DNA of 64,000 bases from assembly GCA_013239625.1 (NCBI GenBank), contig MU053881.1, positions 6,223,957-6,287,956 on the forward strand, given 5' to 3'. This DNA comes from Lama guanicoe. Its lineage: Eukaryota. Positions 12,185 through 26,354 of this stretch are shown one piece after another. Below the pieces are notes generated by a model. It ran no database searches. It saw only the letters and a program-made list of their open reading frames with translations, and had not been told where the DNA came from. Position 1 is the stretch's first letter. The number at the start of each line of letters is the position of its first letter. Position numbers and translations under genes: made by a program.

Positions 12185-12934
12185 AGAAAACGAAAGGTAG
12201 AGGGAGAGGGGTGTTCAGAGCAGTCAGCTTCAGACTTGCCATGTCAAAAGCCCTTAAGAATACCCTTCGATAGAGCCAATGGTACGCAGTGGTAGACGCT
12301 TCCTTTAGAAAAGGGACGCTGTTTACAATAAGAAAGAGGTAAAAAGTGACATTCTATACTGATGAAACAGCGGTGGCTCAGGACAAAGCCTAGAGATGTG
12401 CTGGGTCTAGGAGATGGATGCAAAACACTTGTTGCTTCCCCAACTTCATTTCACACCTGCTGTATTGATTCTGTCCTAGAAAAATCAGATTAGAGTAAAC
12501 CTCAGGAGCTACCTCAGACACTGAAGAAAAGTCACAAAGGGACATCATGAGACAGTTATACTATCAGGCTCTGACCTTCTCAAGGATCCAGGTCCTACTT
12601 CAAAGTCTGGCTACAGAATTAGTGACTGGGTATGGGTGTGGAATAAGAGAGAGGAAGCTCTGTTAGCTTTGCCTCAGTGATGGGGGGAGTCAAGAGCTTT
12701 TCCACACCAGCTGGCAAAGCAACCTCCCCCTCCCTTGCCCGTTGCCTCTTTGGGTCACTGCTCATCTGTTTCATTCCAGCTGCAGCAAAAGTTGAGGTAC
12801 AGGATGGCTGCTCTAAATCGTTCTATCATAAGGATGGCCCCAGTGGGACCTATTGGAAGCTCAACTTGCCTCATTGTAAGTGCTCAAAACATACATACTA
12901 CTTCAAATTAGCAGCCACCAAGAAACTACAGCCT

Positions 12935-13170
12935 TGTGGTTAAGCATGTGAACTCTGGAGTTGAACACATCTAGGTTAAAAGTTTAGTTCCTCCATGTAT
13001 TGACTACATGACCTTATTGACTACAAGTAACTTGGGAAAGTTACTTAATCTTTTTATGTTTCAGTTTCTATATCTGTAAAATGGTGCTCGTAACACTACA
13101 GTTTCACAGAGATACCGTGATGATTAAATCAGATTAAACGCATATGTAAAAAGATTAAGCTAGTGTCTGC
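12935..13170 (+). mobile_element. MIR SINE (representative; similar copies near 7915, 16520, 18720, 22250, 23560, 35690, 53010, 60160, 60720 on + and 40030, 49250, 51590 on -)
   Basis: GTGGTTAAG..CTCTGGAG..TTACTTAA..TCAGTTTC..ATCTGTAAAATGG core. Confidence 0.8.
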
Positions 13171-16100
13171 AATATTTTGTCAATATTATCTTTTTCCTAG
13201 AAATAAAAAGTACACGCATATATTGCTGTGAAGAAGACCAAGATCACAGCAGCATGCGCAAAAAAACCCAATTCTATCATCCCTAGTTTTTACTTGCCTT
13301 GTCTAATGACATATCCCTGGCTTCCCTTTAAATCCATGCTATCATCTGATCCAGCTGTGAATGTTCTTTCAGCCTGTGTTTCTGACATCAATCTACTGCC
13401 ATACTTCTGGTAATAAAGTTGCAGATCAACCACCCTGAGCTCGTGGGTCACGAGCATACTTTCTTCTTTTAGGGTTCACTAGAAATGCTTATAATATCAT
13501 TAGAAAATCTGGCTGATTTTTTAAGAGGATAAGAGACATGAATATATTTCATCTGCTTAAGTGTTTCCCACTGTGAGTCTTGCTGAGGTTCTAGAGGCCA
13601 AAATCTCAATGTCAGTTAAATATGCAATTGCACTTTCTCTACTTAGTATTATGGAATGGAATCTTAAGTATGAAAGATGTCTTGTATAGTATGTCAAAAT
13701 GTTGAGCAATATTGTTTCAATCTAAACACAGAAATGAAAAAAGAGCAGATGATTTCCCTTTTGCTGTAATTCACTTTGGGATGCATGTCACGAAGAGCAC
13801 TATACAAAAGCAATTTTCATTGATTGACTGGACTGATTGAGGAAAAGGGTGAATGTTCTTTCCAGTTTACATCCCTACTGAAGTATCTGAAGTATGATTC
13901 TTATAACTCCTGACAGCTCTTCACAATTTGTAGTTAAATGTTAAGTTAGCACAAGGGGGAAGGAGGGAATGAGGGAGGGAGGGGAGGGGAGAGAGAAAGA
14001 ATTAGAACTTTCTTTGGTTTTGAGTATAGCTGACTTGAGTCGCATACTTAAATAGAAGAGGCTAAGATAAATTTAAACCTAAATGTTCTAATTCCTCCAT
14101 TCAATGTATTTAGATTTTAGAGAACATAATTGCTAATTATAAGTTAATTTCTATAAATAAGTTAATTGAATAATCTAATCAATAATATTGGCCATCACAT
14201 AATTATTGTTCTACTTCTGTGTAAGTTGCTACACAGTTTTAATAGAAATTCTGATTCTGAGAAGCATCAGCATCAGTGTCCTACTCTTAAAATCTGAAAA
14301 AGAATGAGTCACATCTTTGACATGCCCCTCTAAGTCTGTAAAACACGCTCTTTCATTTACCTGTTTGGGCAGATCTTTCTCTCACTCTGTGACACAATGA
14401 AATGAACACTGACCTGTGAGTTATAGATGCGAACACTTAATGTGACCAAGATTAAACTGAAAAAACTTCACACAGAAATGTTATCTTCCAAATTACTGTA
14501 GCAGATCCATGCCTAATCATTGTTACTACTGTCCTGTTCTTAAAATTTTAGTTTATCTTTCTAATGACATAAAAACATGGGAACTTTTTTTTTCCCCTTA
14601 ACATATGTCAACTGGGTTTTTCTCAGTTGTTAACTTAAAGCAATGCTCATTAGGCAATAATTCTTATTTGAAATAGATTCACTTAATTAAAATAGACCTT
14701 CAAATGGACTAAATTTAATGCCTGCAAAGTTAGATTTGTTTGCAAAATATGGTAGACGGCTTATTTGGAGAGTGTTTTTAAAAACACTGAAGATCTAAAG
14801 CCACATAGCAGGACAGAATCAACACATTTTCAGGTGAAAGGCACTTAAAATGTCTTTCCCAGACAGCTGCAAACAAATGGAAAACCTTCATGTGGGTTCA
14901 GACTTCTGCTGTGGAAGCTCGAGGACATCACTTTCGCAGTTTAGAAATGATGCTCTTCACGCAGTTACGCGTCCAGCTATTGGTCCAGGTTGTGGGGGAA
15001 AAACAGTTCAAACTAGTAAATAACTGCAGTATCATTGCATCAGTTTAGTTTAAAGAGCTGACAGACCCTCTCTAAACTCCAAGCACAATTAGTCATCAGG
15101 GTCTAGTTTTTCAGCACTGTTAAGCAATTTGTAACCCATTCCTTTTAATAGGGTTAGGCATTACTTAACCGACACAGATGCCTTGAAAACTGAAACCTCG
15201 AGGTATGAAGCAGCAACCTTGTTCATTACCTTCTGTGATAGGCAAATCATCTATAAAAACAGCATTTAATGGGCAATCAATGGATAATCAATGGCTCACT
15301 TCTCATAGGAGTGTGAAAATGAGAACAATCTAATACAAATTCCCTCCGGTAAGAGGCCGAATCTTGGATTCTGCTGCTCTTCAGGGCTGATTTATAAGGT
15401 CTTGGAAAGCTGATGTAAACAGATGATCAATGGGACCCATCCTTGCTCATAATAACCCCCAACTGGCCCACTCCCTCTTTTCCAAGTCTATCCCTTCAGG
15501 CTATTAGCTCTGTCCAGCTAATTCTTCCCACCACTCCTGCCTGCTGCTTTTACTCTGGCCATCCGTTCAGTCCAGCCGACTCAGAAGTAATTTTATACAC
15601 AGCAGAGAGCGGGTGGAATTGATTTTTCACTCAGTGCTCAGTTCCCATCTGAATAATTATCAATTTTACTGCCTCATAAAGGGAAGAGTCAAAATTTCAA
15701 ATCAATTCAAAAGAGCTTTTGAGACGACAGAAACTGTGCATAAGAATAGAGGTCAAAGTTGTCAGTGACCTAAGGAGATGATGTCAGATACTACTACACC
15801 CAATGGCTGACATCAGAGGCACTCAAGATGATACAACTGATACAACCTAGTGCTAATGCAAATCGTATTTATGCTGACTACCAGAGACCAGTCATTAATA
15901 TTTAAAAGGCTATCTGAAAGCCTACATTCCAAATAAATAGAATGTATTCCACTGTTAATAAAGATATATCACTACTTAGTCATATGCAATAAAGTAAAGG
16001 ATTACCCAGTATTATTAACACACAGAAATTACTTAAACCAGCAAACGCATGGTAATTCGGAATAAAGACAAACTTGTCTTCAGCACAACCACGTTACTTA

Positions 16101-17965
16101 TTCTGCACAGTCTGATTGTACATAAGTCTAGGGTCACGGCTATTGATTTTTGCTAAAATTTTCTGCCCACTTAGAAGTTTCTGCCAAAGTTAATGGGAGA
16201 ATATTGTGATCATGGCTGAGTGCTGGCAGGTGGCAGACTTGTCACTTGCCATGGTGGGGTGGGGGCTGGGTCTGATTCCTGGCCAATCCACGGGTATTTA
16301 TTTTCTTCCCTGGCTGTATGCTCTAAGAAAAGGCTAGTTCTGTCTTTTCTTTATAAAACACCTGTGGGCTGTGACACACTTCCAACAGTACCAGTGGCTA
16401 CTGCAGTTGGGTAGGTGAGGAGAGATGCATCCAAATCTCAAAAGAATGTGTATTTTGAAAAGGCATTTCAGGTGAATCTGAGGTCTTTTCCCCACCAACC
16501 AGTTCCCTGAGAATCAATGGTCTAAGTGGTAAGGACTTGGGCTTCTGAGCCAAACAGACCTTGGTTCACATTGCACTCCAGACAGTTGATCTCTCTGTGC
16601 TTCAGTTTATTCATCTGTAAAATTGGGATGATGATGTCCACATTTCAGGGTTGTTGTGGGAATTGAAACGAGAGACTTCTCTGAAAGTTCTCTCCTCTCA
16701 GGACACTCTCTGTCATCACTCTATTAATCCAATTATCATATAATTGTTAGTTATCTGTCTCTCTTTCCTACCCGGCAGGAAACATTTTAAGGAGAGAATT
16801 TATGTCCTGTGGGTCTGAGTGGTTCTTGCACCTTGCACACAGAAAGTCTTCAGTAAATGTCAGTTACCTTTCTCCTCTTTATCACCAACATGTTGTAACA
16901 ATTCCAGGGTCATACCAAATAGTTAGAGGCCTAAAGCCCTTTCCTTATTTATACAAAATCTTAATCACAACCTTCCCTGCCAGGAAAACAACTGGTTAAC
17001 TGAAACATCATCACAAATAAAGTTTACCTAATTTCATTTAAATATTAGCAAAAAATGGCAGCTAGGAAGAAAACCTCTTCCATGGCTGTCTTACTCATTT
17101 TCCTCATTTACTTACTCAGACTGACATTTTCTGCTGATTGCAGGCGACTTATTTGCTGACTAATGACATGCTAACGTGTTTACATTTGCAAACCACAGAT
17201 TATTGTGGAGATAATTTGGCAAAATAAAACAACTGGAAGCAGTACAAAGAGATCATTTTCCAAATTTAGTAGAATTGGAAAATATCATAGTGATGGTATC
17301 TCCACAGCAAAATGGTATTATTCTCTTTGAAATGTTTCTGGCATATATATTTGTTTTTATGCATGCTGTTACTGTGGTTTGCAGAAGTGAGTATTTAAAA
17401 AACAATATTAAACTTGGATCTAATTCATATTAGCTAGTCAGAAAACACATTTAAAAATAAACAAACTGTGCCTTTACTCTTCAGAGTATGACCTATCTGA
17501 ACCTTGATTTCTCATCTGAAAATGGGGAAAATGATATGATAAATCAAAGTCCCCAGCAAGTTGCCTGGCACAGACCAGAAGCCCAGCAAATGGCAGTTTC
17601 CCAACATACCAGCGTATTCACAAGGCTAACCTGAGATGATATCATTAGAGGCTCTAGGAAGGAAATCCGAGGTTGACTGTTTTGACTGTTTCTAGTCCCA
17701 GCTTCGCCTTTTATTTCTTTTGTCTCTTGAGGAGCTATCCTCTTTTTGAATTCTAGCTTCACTGAAGTGAGATGAATGACTCAGAGATTTCTTGAGGGCG
17801 GGTAATTGTGAGGCCAGTGTACTACCCTACCTTCTGGGAAAATACTCCTAGAGATTAACGGGTATAGAGTCTTGGCAAGACCAGTTGCTCTAGGAGATAT
17901 TCAGAGACCAGGTTGGCTTTTGGGAAACTCTCATCTGTTAAACCAGATCACCAACCACCAGTTAC

Positions 17966-18132
17966 CTGCTGCAGGACATCTGGATTTTGCTGCATAAAAT
18001 GTAACAGTCTCTGACCGGCCTGCGTAGCCTCTCTGCATCGAAGTGGCTTCTTGCCCTCTTTTGCTATGTGCTTGAAGAGGTAAGTCACGATGTAGTCTAA
18101 ACTGGTACAGCAGCTGGAGGAGACAACTGTAT
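17966..18132 (-). CDS. RANBP17: RANBP17 internal coding exon (167 nt; probably exon 25)
   Basis: gttcatacag|ATACAGTT...CAGCAG|gtaact; (D)TVVSSSCCTSLDYIVTYLFKHIAKEGKKPLRCREATQAGQRLLHFMQQNPDVLQQ; phase 1 in, 0 out. Confidence 0.96.
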
Positions 18133-18939
18133 CTGTATGAACAACAAATGAAGATTTACTTGCATTAGTAAAGTGTTTCATCTGATGACAATGCCTCAAT
18201 TAAAAAAAACCAAACACTTTCTGGTTTCAAAGCATGTTGATTAAACTATAAATTCCTTGACGGCAGGGATTTTTGCCTTGTTTATCTCTTAAAACCTTAC
18301 ATCCACAACAGGATCTGGCATAGAGACATGTCAGGAATTAAATGATTCCTGGATTGGATTGGACAGAATTTTTCTTATGTGACCTTAATGACCCTCTGTT
18401 CAATTCAAGTGACTTTATTAAATACCGACTTGGTGCAAAATGCTCTGCTTCAGGGGACACAGGGTGTAAACTTGGTGCAAAGTATTTTGCTTCAGTGGAA
18501 ACCCCCACCCTGGTGTCAACAAGCTCATGTACGGAAGTCACTGTAGCCCAATGCTGTGTAAAAATGAGTGACACGCTGCTGTGAGAATTTTGAGGGAGAC
18601 ACTGCATTTGGATGAGGATCAAGGTGAGTTTGGTAAAGGAGGCAGCATATGAGATGGGCTTGGAAAAGTTATTCCGTTTAAACATAAGGAAGGACATTTT
18701 TTCACATGGAGAGATTAGCACAACGCACATAATATGGTGAAAAGGTATGGATTTTGAAGCCAGACAAAAATCTGGTTTCAAATTCCATCTTTTCCAATTA
18801 CTTGCTGTGTTGTTACTATGATAGAGCCAATTAACCTTTCTGATCATTTATAAAATACCTTGCAGAGGGGAATAAGAAAGTAACTAGAAATTCTCACGGT
18901 AAAAAAAGTGATAGTTATTGCGAGCTTATGTTTGGTTAG

Positions 18940-19735
18940 AAGACAAATGACCTAGAGGGTAATATGTGAAATAAGTCAGACAGAGAAAGATAAATACCAT
19001 ATGATTTCCCTTGTACGTGAAATCTAAAGAATAAAACAAAGGAACAAACACAACAAAAGAGAAACAGAGTCACAGATACAAAGAACAAACAGGTGGTTGC
19101 CAGAGGACAGAGGAGCAGGGGGGGATGAGAGCAATAGGTGAGGAAGATTAAGAGGTACAAACTTCCAGTTGCAAAGTATATGAGTCATGGGTATGAAGTG
19201 CAGTGTGGGGAACACAGTCAATAATAGAATCTTAGTACTGTGACAGACGGTAACTAGACTTACCATAGTGATTATTTTGTAATGTATAGAAATATCAAAT
19301 GACTATGTTGGGCACCAGGAATCAACATAGTGTTGCAGGTCAATTATACTTCAAAAACAAAGAAACTCATAAAAAAAGAGATTAGACTTGTGGATACCAG
19401 AGGCAGGGGTTAGTGGGAAGGGGAACTGGATGAAGGCAGTCAAAAGGTTATAGTTCCAGCTGTAAGATAAGTAAGTATTAGTAACGTAATGTACAACATG
19501 ATAAATACAACTAATACTGCAGTATGTTATATATGAAAGTTGTTCAGAGTAAATCCTAAGAATACTCATCAAAAGGAAAAAAAAACTTTTAAAAAAATTT
19601 TGTATCTATATGAGATGACGTGTGTTCACTAAACTTACCGTGGCAATCACTTCATGAGTCAAATCATATTGCACACCTTAAATTTGTAAAGTGCTATATG
19701 TCAATTATAGCTCAATAAAACTGGAAAGGAAGAAA
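18940..19735 (+). mobile_element. L1 3' region (L1MA9-like/laurasiatherian) with two successive 3'UTR-like units
   Basis: ORF2 end GTGAAATAAGTCAGACAGAGAAAGATAAATACCATATGATTTC; one unit ends GTCAATTATACTTCAAAAA (about 19355), the second GTCAATTATAGCTCAATAAAACTGG (about 19725). Confidence 0.85.
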
Positions 19736-19997
19736 AAAACGGGGGTAGTTATTACCAATTTGCCCTCAAGGTGAAAAGAGGGGGCATATTCACATTTGAG
19801 TGAAAGAATGTGTAGAAGAATCGTAAGAGAGAAGGCTGACAAAAAAGCCTGGGCATCCAGTGGTGGGCTGAGACATACACATTTAATTTGAAAGGCAACA
19901 GAGGTGTTATTGAATGTCTTTTTACAGCAAGTAAGTGACATGATTTCTTTGTATACTAAAAATCATTTCATCTACTTCTACTAATCACTTCTGTATA

Positions 19998-20510
19998 GGT
20001 GACTGGATAAAGAAGATGTGGTATATTTATACAATGGAATACTACTCAGCCATAAAAACCGACAACATAATGCCATTTGCAGCAACATGGATGCTCCTAG
20101 AGAATGTCATTCTAAGTGAAGTAAGCCAGAAAGAGACAGAAAAATACCATATGAGATCGCTCATATGTGGAATCTAAAAAACAAAAACAAACACAAAAAC
20201 AAACAAACAAACAAAAACAAAGCATAAATACAGGACAGAAATAGACTCATGGACAGAGAATACAGACTTGTGGTTACCAGGGGGGTAGAGGGTGGGAAGG
20301 GATAGACTGGGATTTCAAAATTGTAGAATAGATAAACAAGATTACACTGTATAGCACAGGGAAATATACACAAAATGTTATGATAAATCACAGAGAAAAA
20401 AATGTGACGATGAGTGTGTATATGTCCATGAATGACTGAAAAATTGTGCTGAACACTGGAATTTGACACAACACTGTAAAATGATTATAAATCAATAAAA
20501 AATGTTAAAA
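19998..20510 (+). mobile_element. Young 5'-truncated L1 with 15-bp TSD
   Basis: Uninterrupted ORF2 C-terminus at 20001..20177 (DWIKKMWYIYTMEYYSAIK...SEVSQKETEKYHMRSLICGI*), then 3'UTR and A-tail; TSD AATCACTTCTGTATA at 19983..19997 and 20511..20525. Confidence 0.93.
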
Positions 20511-23500
20511 AATCACTTCTGTATATAGTGGGTGCTCTTATTTGCATTTTTCAGGTGAGAAAAATGAAGCTCAGAGATAATTAGCTTATCTAAAGTTCAT
20601 GGTTTTGATTCAGAGCATGACAATGGCCAGATTTTTTGGCTAATGGCAACATATGGACACGATTCTGGGGAGTTTATGATTAATAACAGAAACAGACAAA
20701 CCACTGAAAACATGATAGGCACTTTAGAAATGGCAAATACAGTAGACTCGGAAGAGACGGAGAGAGTAGGGCTGGGGAAAAGACTATATACACTGTAAAG
20801 GCAACAGTTACTTTCTTACTCATCTTATCTCAGAGGTTCTGAGATGGGTGTGCCTGTGATGGAGGTGAAATATTAGCTGAGTTAATTAAAGAATGGGTAG
20901 GCAAAGCTAATCTGAGAAAAAAATTTTTTTAAGCCTTGAGTTTTGTTTAGTAGAAACACTAGAATCAATATAAGACAATAGTTTAAAAACTTTTGCATAC
21001 ATTGTTTTAAAGAGAAATGACATAGTAAATGGAAGGTTTGGGGGCAAGTTTTTAAACACAGACAGACGAATGCATTTAAAATAGAGGATAATTGTAGCTG
21101 ATGCAGGATCATGAGGGTTTGGATGAAGTCTAAAAGATGAGAGTGGACGATAGTTTTGGGAAATTGTGGAGCTACAGGCTTCTAAGAAAGGAGCTTTTAT
21201 TTCCTCCTAAAGCATTTGCTTGATTGACTGATTATCTCTCCCCACTAACTGGGTTACTGTGCAGAAAAGGAAGGTTTGGTTTTATAATCCTGGAAGGTAA
21301 TATATAATGTAGTGGAAAATCTTTAGGCTTAAGAGTCAGGCACAGACTTGTTGAGCCTGTTTGCTTCTCTCTTTTCCTTCACATTTCTATCTTTGAAGTC
21401 CCAAACATGAAAGTAAATGGATTAAGTAACTTAACATGCACAAAAAGGAAGCAAGTAGGAAACAGATATGATTCCCCACACCAGTGGAGAGCAATATGCT
21501 ATCAATCATACAAAAATTATAAAGACGTCACGTAGATTTGGTGACCACGTGCCACGCAGGTTGCATGAAAAGGTTCCAATCTACTGAGTCAGCTATGAAA
21601 AAGCCAGGTAAACACTTTAGACATGAAGGTTGGAGCATACATCCTTGCAATAAAAGCACGAAGAAGAGCTTCCATTATGGCTGATCTACGGTTGGGGGCT
21701 TTGAAAAGGATGAATGTTATTTCAGGGTAGACTGAAAAGTGTGGAATCATAAGGATCATGGGCCGTTTTATCGAAAACAGAATGAATAGCGCTGAGGATT
21801 ATGTATTATTATTGGTTTTCTGTATTTGCAGCTCAAGCAATTGTGTGAGATTCAAACAGTGACACTCTCCTGAAAGAGAAGGATGGGCAGAAGTTATGAA
21901 TTCTCATATTTCGCTCTAGTTCTTGGTGTTTAGAATTTTTTCACTCATGATAGACAATTTTAGATAGAATTTTTAAGCCTAATAGGCACTTTGCAACTTT
22001 TTAGCAACTTGTTTGGCACTGAAAACAACCAAATACTCCTTTTCTCCTACAACTGGTCTCCATAGGAAGCATTCACAGCCTTCTTGCTCACTAAGACCCA
22101 ACACAGAGAGCTGTTCTGAAATGGGGCTGAGAAGAAATTTGGCTTTGACTCACAATTTCTTACCAGAGCAGAGGGGAGGAGGAAGGTCTTGGAAAAACAG
22201 CGTGAAAGGCAATTTCAGAAACAAAAGGCATATTCGGCTGGTATGGTCATTTAGGTTTGAATCTGTATTTTCTAGATGTTTGACTATATGAAGATTCAAT
22301 TTGCACCTCTGTAAAGTGCGCTTAATACTACCTACTTTGCAAGGTGTTTTGAGACATTAATGAGAGGAAGCGGGTCAAGACTGTAACACAGCGCCCAACA
22401 TTAGGTTTCCCTCTTTTCACTTCCTGTTTGTTTTCCTGGCTACTTCAATCCCTAAACACCAACTCTGGCCTCCCATTTAGCTAACTCACAGCTCTCTTCT
22501 CTCTTTAGCATGTTTTTGGTGGGAGAAACTAATGTACAAGGTCTCTAAGTTTCTAAGTATTTCCTGATTGTTTTACTCCTATATTATATTTATAAATTTA
22601 TTCTATCCAATTCAAGTATGTCTTCAAAATAACATACTCTCTTTATTAATAATGAACATTTTATTAATAATCAACTTAAGGGGGAAATTTCTGGTGGTTT
22701 CCAGTTGGTTCAGTTTTTCACTTGCCTCTGCATTTCCTTGTTTTGCCTTTTGTGCCATCCTTTGCTTTCTTGGAACGCACCCCCATCCCTGCTACATCAA
22801 TCTTCAGAGCCTCCCCTGATCACTTCTTCTACAAAAGCCAGACAAACATTCCCTATTTACTGTCTTATTCTACGTTTCTGTTTAGCACTTACCATGACTG
22901 GACAATTTCCTGTGTGTGTGTATGTTTGCTGTTTATCTCTCCTTATTAGAATGAAACCTTCACATGAGTAGAGAACTCATCTGTCTTGTTCTCTTCAGTA
23001 CTGCCAAGGTCTAGAATGGTACCTGGTATCTAGCATGTGCATAACCGATATTTATTAAATGAATGAGTTGAGAGTCATTCTTAAGAGCAGCTTTTTTGTA
23101 AGCTCTGCGTTTGGTCTCTGTAAGACTACGGGGGTAGGTGGTGGTGGTGGTGGACAGGTGATTAAAATGATGGAGAATACAATCACTTTTCTCACTTGCC
23201 TGTCTGTTTTCCCAAATTACAGAGGGCCTGAAACTAAAAATGGTAGTGAATGATTAATGAAAAAAATTTAATATCACGTTAAGCCTATTAGGCAAGTCAT
23301 TGCTCTATCACTGATTCAACTTTTTTGTACCTCCCTCTCATTTTTCCCGCTGAGGCTACAGTGGAACTGAAACCTGCTTGTAACCCAAATACTACCTATA
23401 AATGTATCTTTGCAAATGTATCATTGTTGGAAAAGGAGAAACCCAAGTGGTTACTTTCAATAATCTAAATAATCCTCTCTCCTGAAGACACAGGGCACAA

Positions 23501-24139
23501 TTCACCTGTGACCTTTATGATGTGGGTCTGGCAGGGTGGCGAGGTGAAAAGGAATGGGCTTTAGAGTTGGAAAGACTCCTAGATCAGGCACTTATCAGTT
23601 GTATGACCTTAGACAAGCAGTTTCACCTCTCTGGGCAACAGCTTACTCATCTGTATAATGAAAATAGTATTACTAATTAATTCATTCAATAAATATTTAT
23701 TAAGTACTTACTACATGTTAAGCACTAGGAAAAAAGTGGTCATTAAGACACTGTTCCTGTCAAGTAGGAAGCGTACAGTCAAGCAGGAAATAAGGCCAAG
23801 CAGTGCTATTTGCGTATTTAACCTGGTTTTGGTCTGCAGAGTGGTTCTGAGAACGAGATGAGTGAAGGACACATGTGAAAACACCTATGGCAGCATCAGG
23901 CAGAGTCTGTGTACATGGTCATACCCTTAATAAGTGGCAGCCCTGGACTAAGCCCAAGTTCAGTGTTCCCTCTGTAAGGCCACTTGTCAAGATTCCTTTG
24001 AGAGCCTTGTTAAAATGCAGATTCCAGGCCTAAGATCACACTTCGAGAACAACATAGCCATCTGCAACTAATTCAAATTCTTCAGGTATTACTATGATAT
24101 GAGATGGAAGAATGTCAAGACAAACTAATAATCAAAGAC

Positions 24140-26354
24140 AAGACTTCAGGTTTTGTCCATGAAGGATTAACTGCCATGAGAATTTTTCCTTCTGCCATGA
24201 ACAACCAGAAAACAGGACAAAATATATGAAACAACGTTTCTCAATTACTGCACAAGAAGCCGTACAGGACTATTAAACCAGAGAGGAGGGAAACAAATGA
24301 GGTAATGCCTGCACAACTGCTCATGCTCACTGCTCAATGCAGCTTCTAGGCTACAGTCCAGGAAGGGAGAACACAAGGAAAGCCACGTGGTCTCACTGAG
24401 TTGAAGAGAAACAGCTGGGATCTGGGGAGACCGAGGCAGCAGCCAGAACTTGTGGGACAGAGTACCAGTGAGTGGAACTATACGAGGAGAGAGTTCTGGA
24501 GATCTGCACCTCCAGTCTTTGAACAATGTAACAGAGATAAATAACCTGTAGCTGGATTTCCAGAAGGAAGGGAGACAGAGGGAGAGAGGTAGACTGCAAT
24601 TATTTGAATGCAATATGTGACTATACTATTTGAAGGTGTAGATTGTAAGCCCTAGAAAAACCACTAAAAATAAAGAAGTATGGCAAATAAACTCATAGGG
24701 GATATAAAAAACATAAAAGACATTAAATTAATCCAAACCAAAAGAAGGCAGAAAAAAAGGACCAAAGCCCAGATAGGATAAAGAAAAAACAAATAGCAAT
24801 ATTGTAGATTTAAACTCAAATATACAGATAGTTACATTAAATGTAAATGGCTGAAACACTGTTTAGAAGGCAGAGATAATCGGATTTGACATAAAAATAT
24901 GACCCAATTATATGCTGTATGTTAGGCAAATATATCCACATCCTAATACCCTGAATCCATAAAGGAGTTAGGTTACACAGCAAAGAATAATTAAGTCTGC
25001 ATATGAATTAAGGTTGCTAATCAGTTGAACTAAAAATAGGGACATTAACCTGGATTATCTGGGGGGCCCAAGGTGAGTGTAAGAGAGAGGCAGGAGACGT
25101 CAGAATCAATGGGATATGTTTCTAAGAATGGTCAGAGATATTCGGCGTTGCTATGATTTGAAGATAGAGGACAGGAGCCATGAGCCAAGGGATGAAGGTT
25201 GGAGGCTGGAGGAGGCAAGGAAACAGACTTGCTCTTAGAAAGGAACACAGCTCTGCTGACACCTTGATTTCGGCCTGATGAGACCCATGGCAGATCTATG
25301 ATCTAAAGAACTACAGGACAGTACCTTTACATTGTTTTAAGCCACCAAGCTCATAAACATTTGTTACAACAGCAACAGAAAATATCTGCTGTCTACCCAA
25401 AATGAACTTTAAATACAGAGACACAGAAAGACTAAAAGTGAAATGGTGGGAAAGAGGCTAACTCTAATCAAAAGAAAGCTGGAGAGGCTAGTAATATCAG
25501 ACAAAGTAGATTTCAGAGGAAGGAATAGTACCAGAGATAAACAAGGTCATTTCATAATGATAAAGGGGTAAGTTAATCAAGGGAACATAACATTCCTAAA
25601 TATTTATATACTTAATCACAGAGCTTCAAAATACTTTATACAAAAACTGACAGAGCTGAAAGGAGGAATGGGCCAATCTATAATTAAAGTCAGAGGCTTC
25701 AGCACTTCTCCCTTGGTAATTCATAGGACAAGTAGAAAACAAACAGACAAAATCCAATAAAAATATAGAAAATCTGAACATTATCAATTAATTTAGACCT
25801 GACATTTAGAGAATGCTCTTTCCAACAACAGTAGAATACACATTCATTTCAAATTCCCCATGGAACATTCACCAAATATAATGAACCAAAAAAAGATTCA
25901 ATAAATACAAAAGTTCTAATAGTCACTGAGTATATTCTGTGACTACAATGGAATTAAACTAGAATTAATAAAAAAAGATTAAAAGTTAAACCTTGTGCTT
26001 CTAAGTAAGAACTCACTGGTAAAAGAAGAAATCATCTCAGCAATTAGAAAATATTTTTAAACTGAATGGAAAAGAATCCCCAAATACACAAAAATTTGGT
26101 GAGTTGTAGCCACAGTAGTGCTTGAAGCATTAAATGTGTATATTAGAAAAGCAAAAAAAAGTCCAAGATCAGCAATCTAAGCTGTAGTCTCCCTGAAAAA
26201 GCTACAGAAGGAAAAGCAAATAAACTGAAGGAAGGAAATTATAATGATCATACCTGAAATCAATGAAACAAGAAACGGAAAAATAATAGAGAAATCACTG
26301 AAAACTGAAAGCTGGTTCTTTGCATAAAACTGATAAACCTAGAGCCAGAATGAT

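Noticed and set aside
1..17965. Further RANBP17 exons (next expected: MMSVLMNTIVFEDCRNQWS...)
   Set aside because: Not found by eye on the minus strand; this intron is long in human, so the exon probably lies left of the window. tblastn would settle it.
18338..18847. Longest ORF in the track (169 aa) and its internal EA..FAPS repeat
   Set aside because: Runs across MIR and L2 relics; the repeat is a diverged 30-bp duplication (18428 and 18470); no protein-like character.
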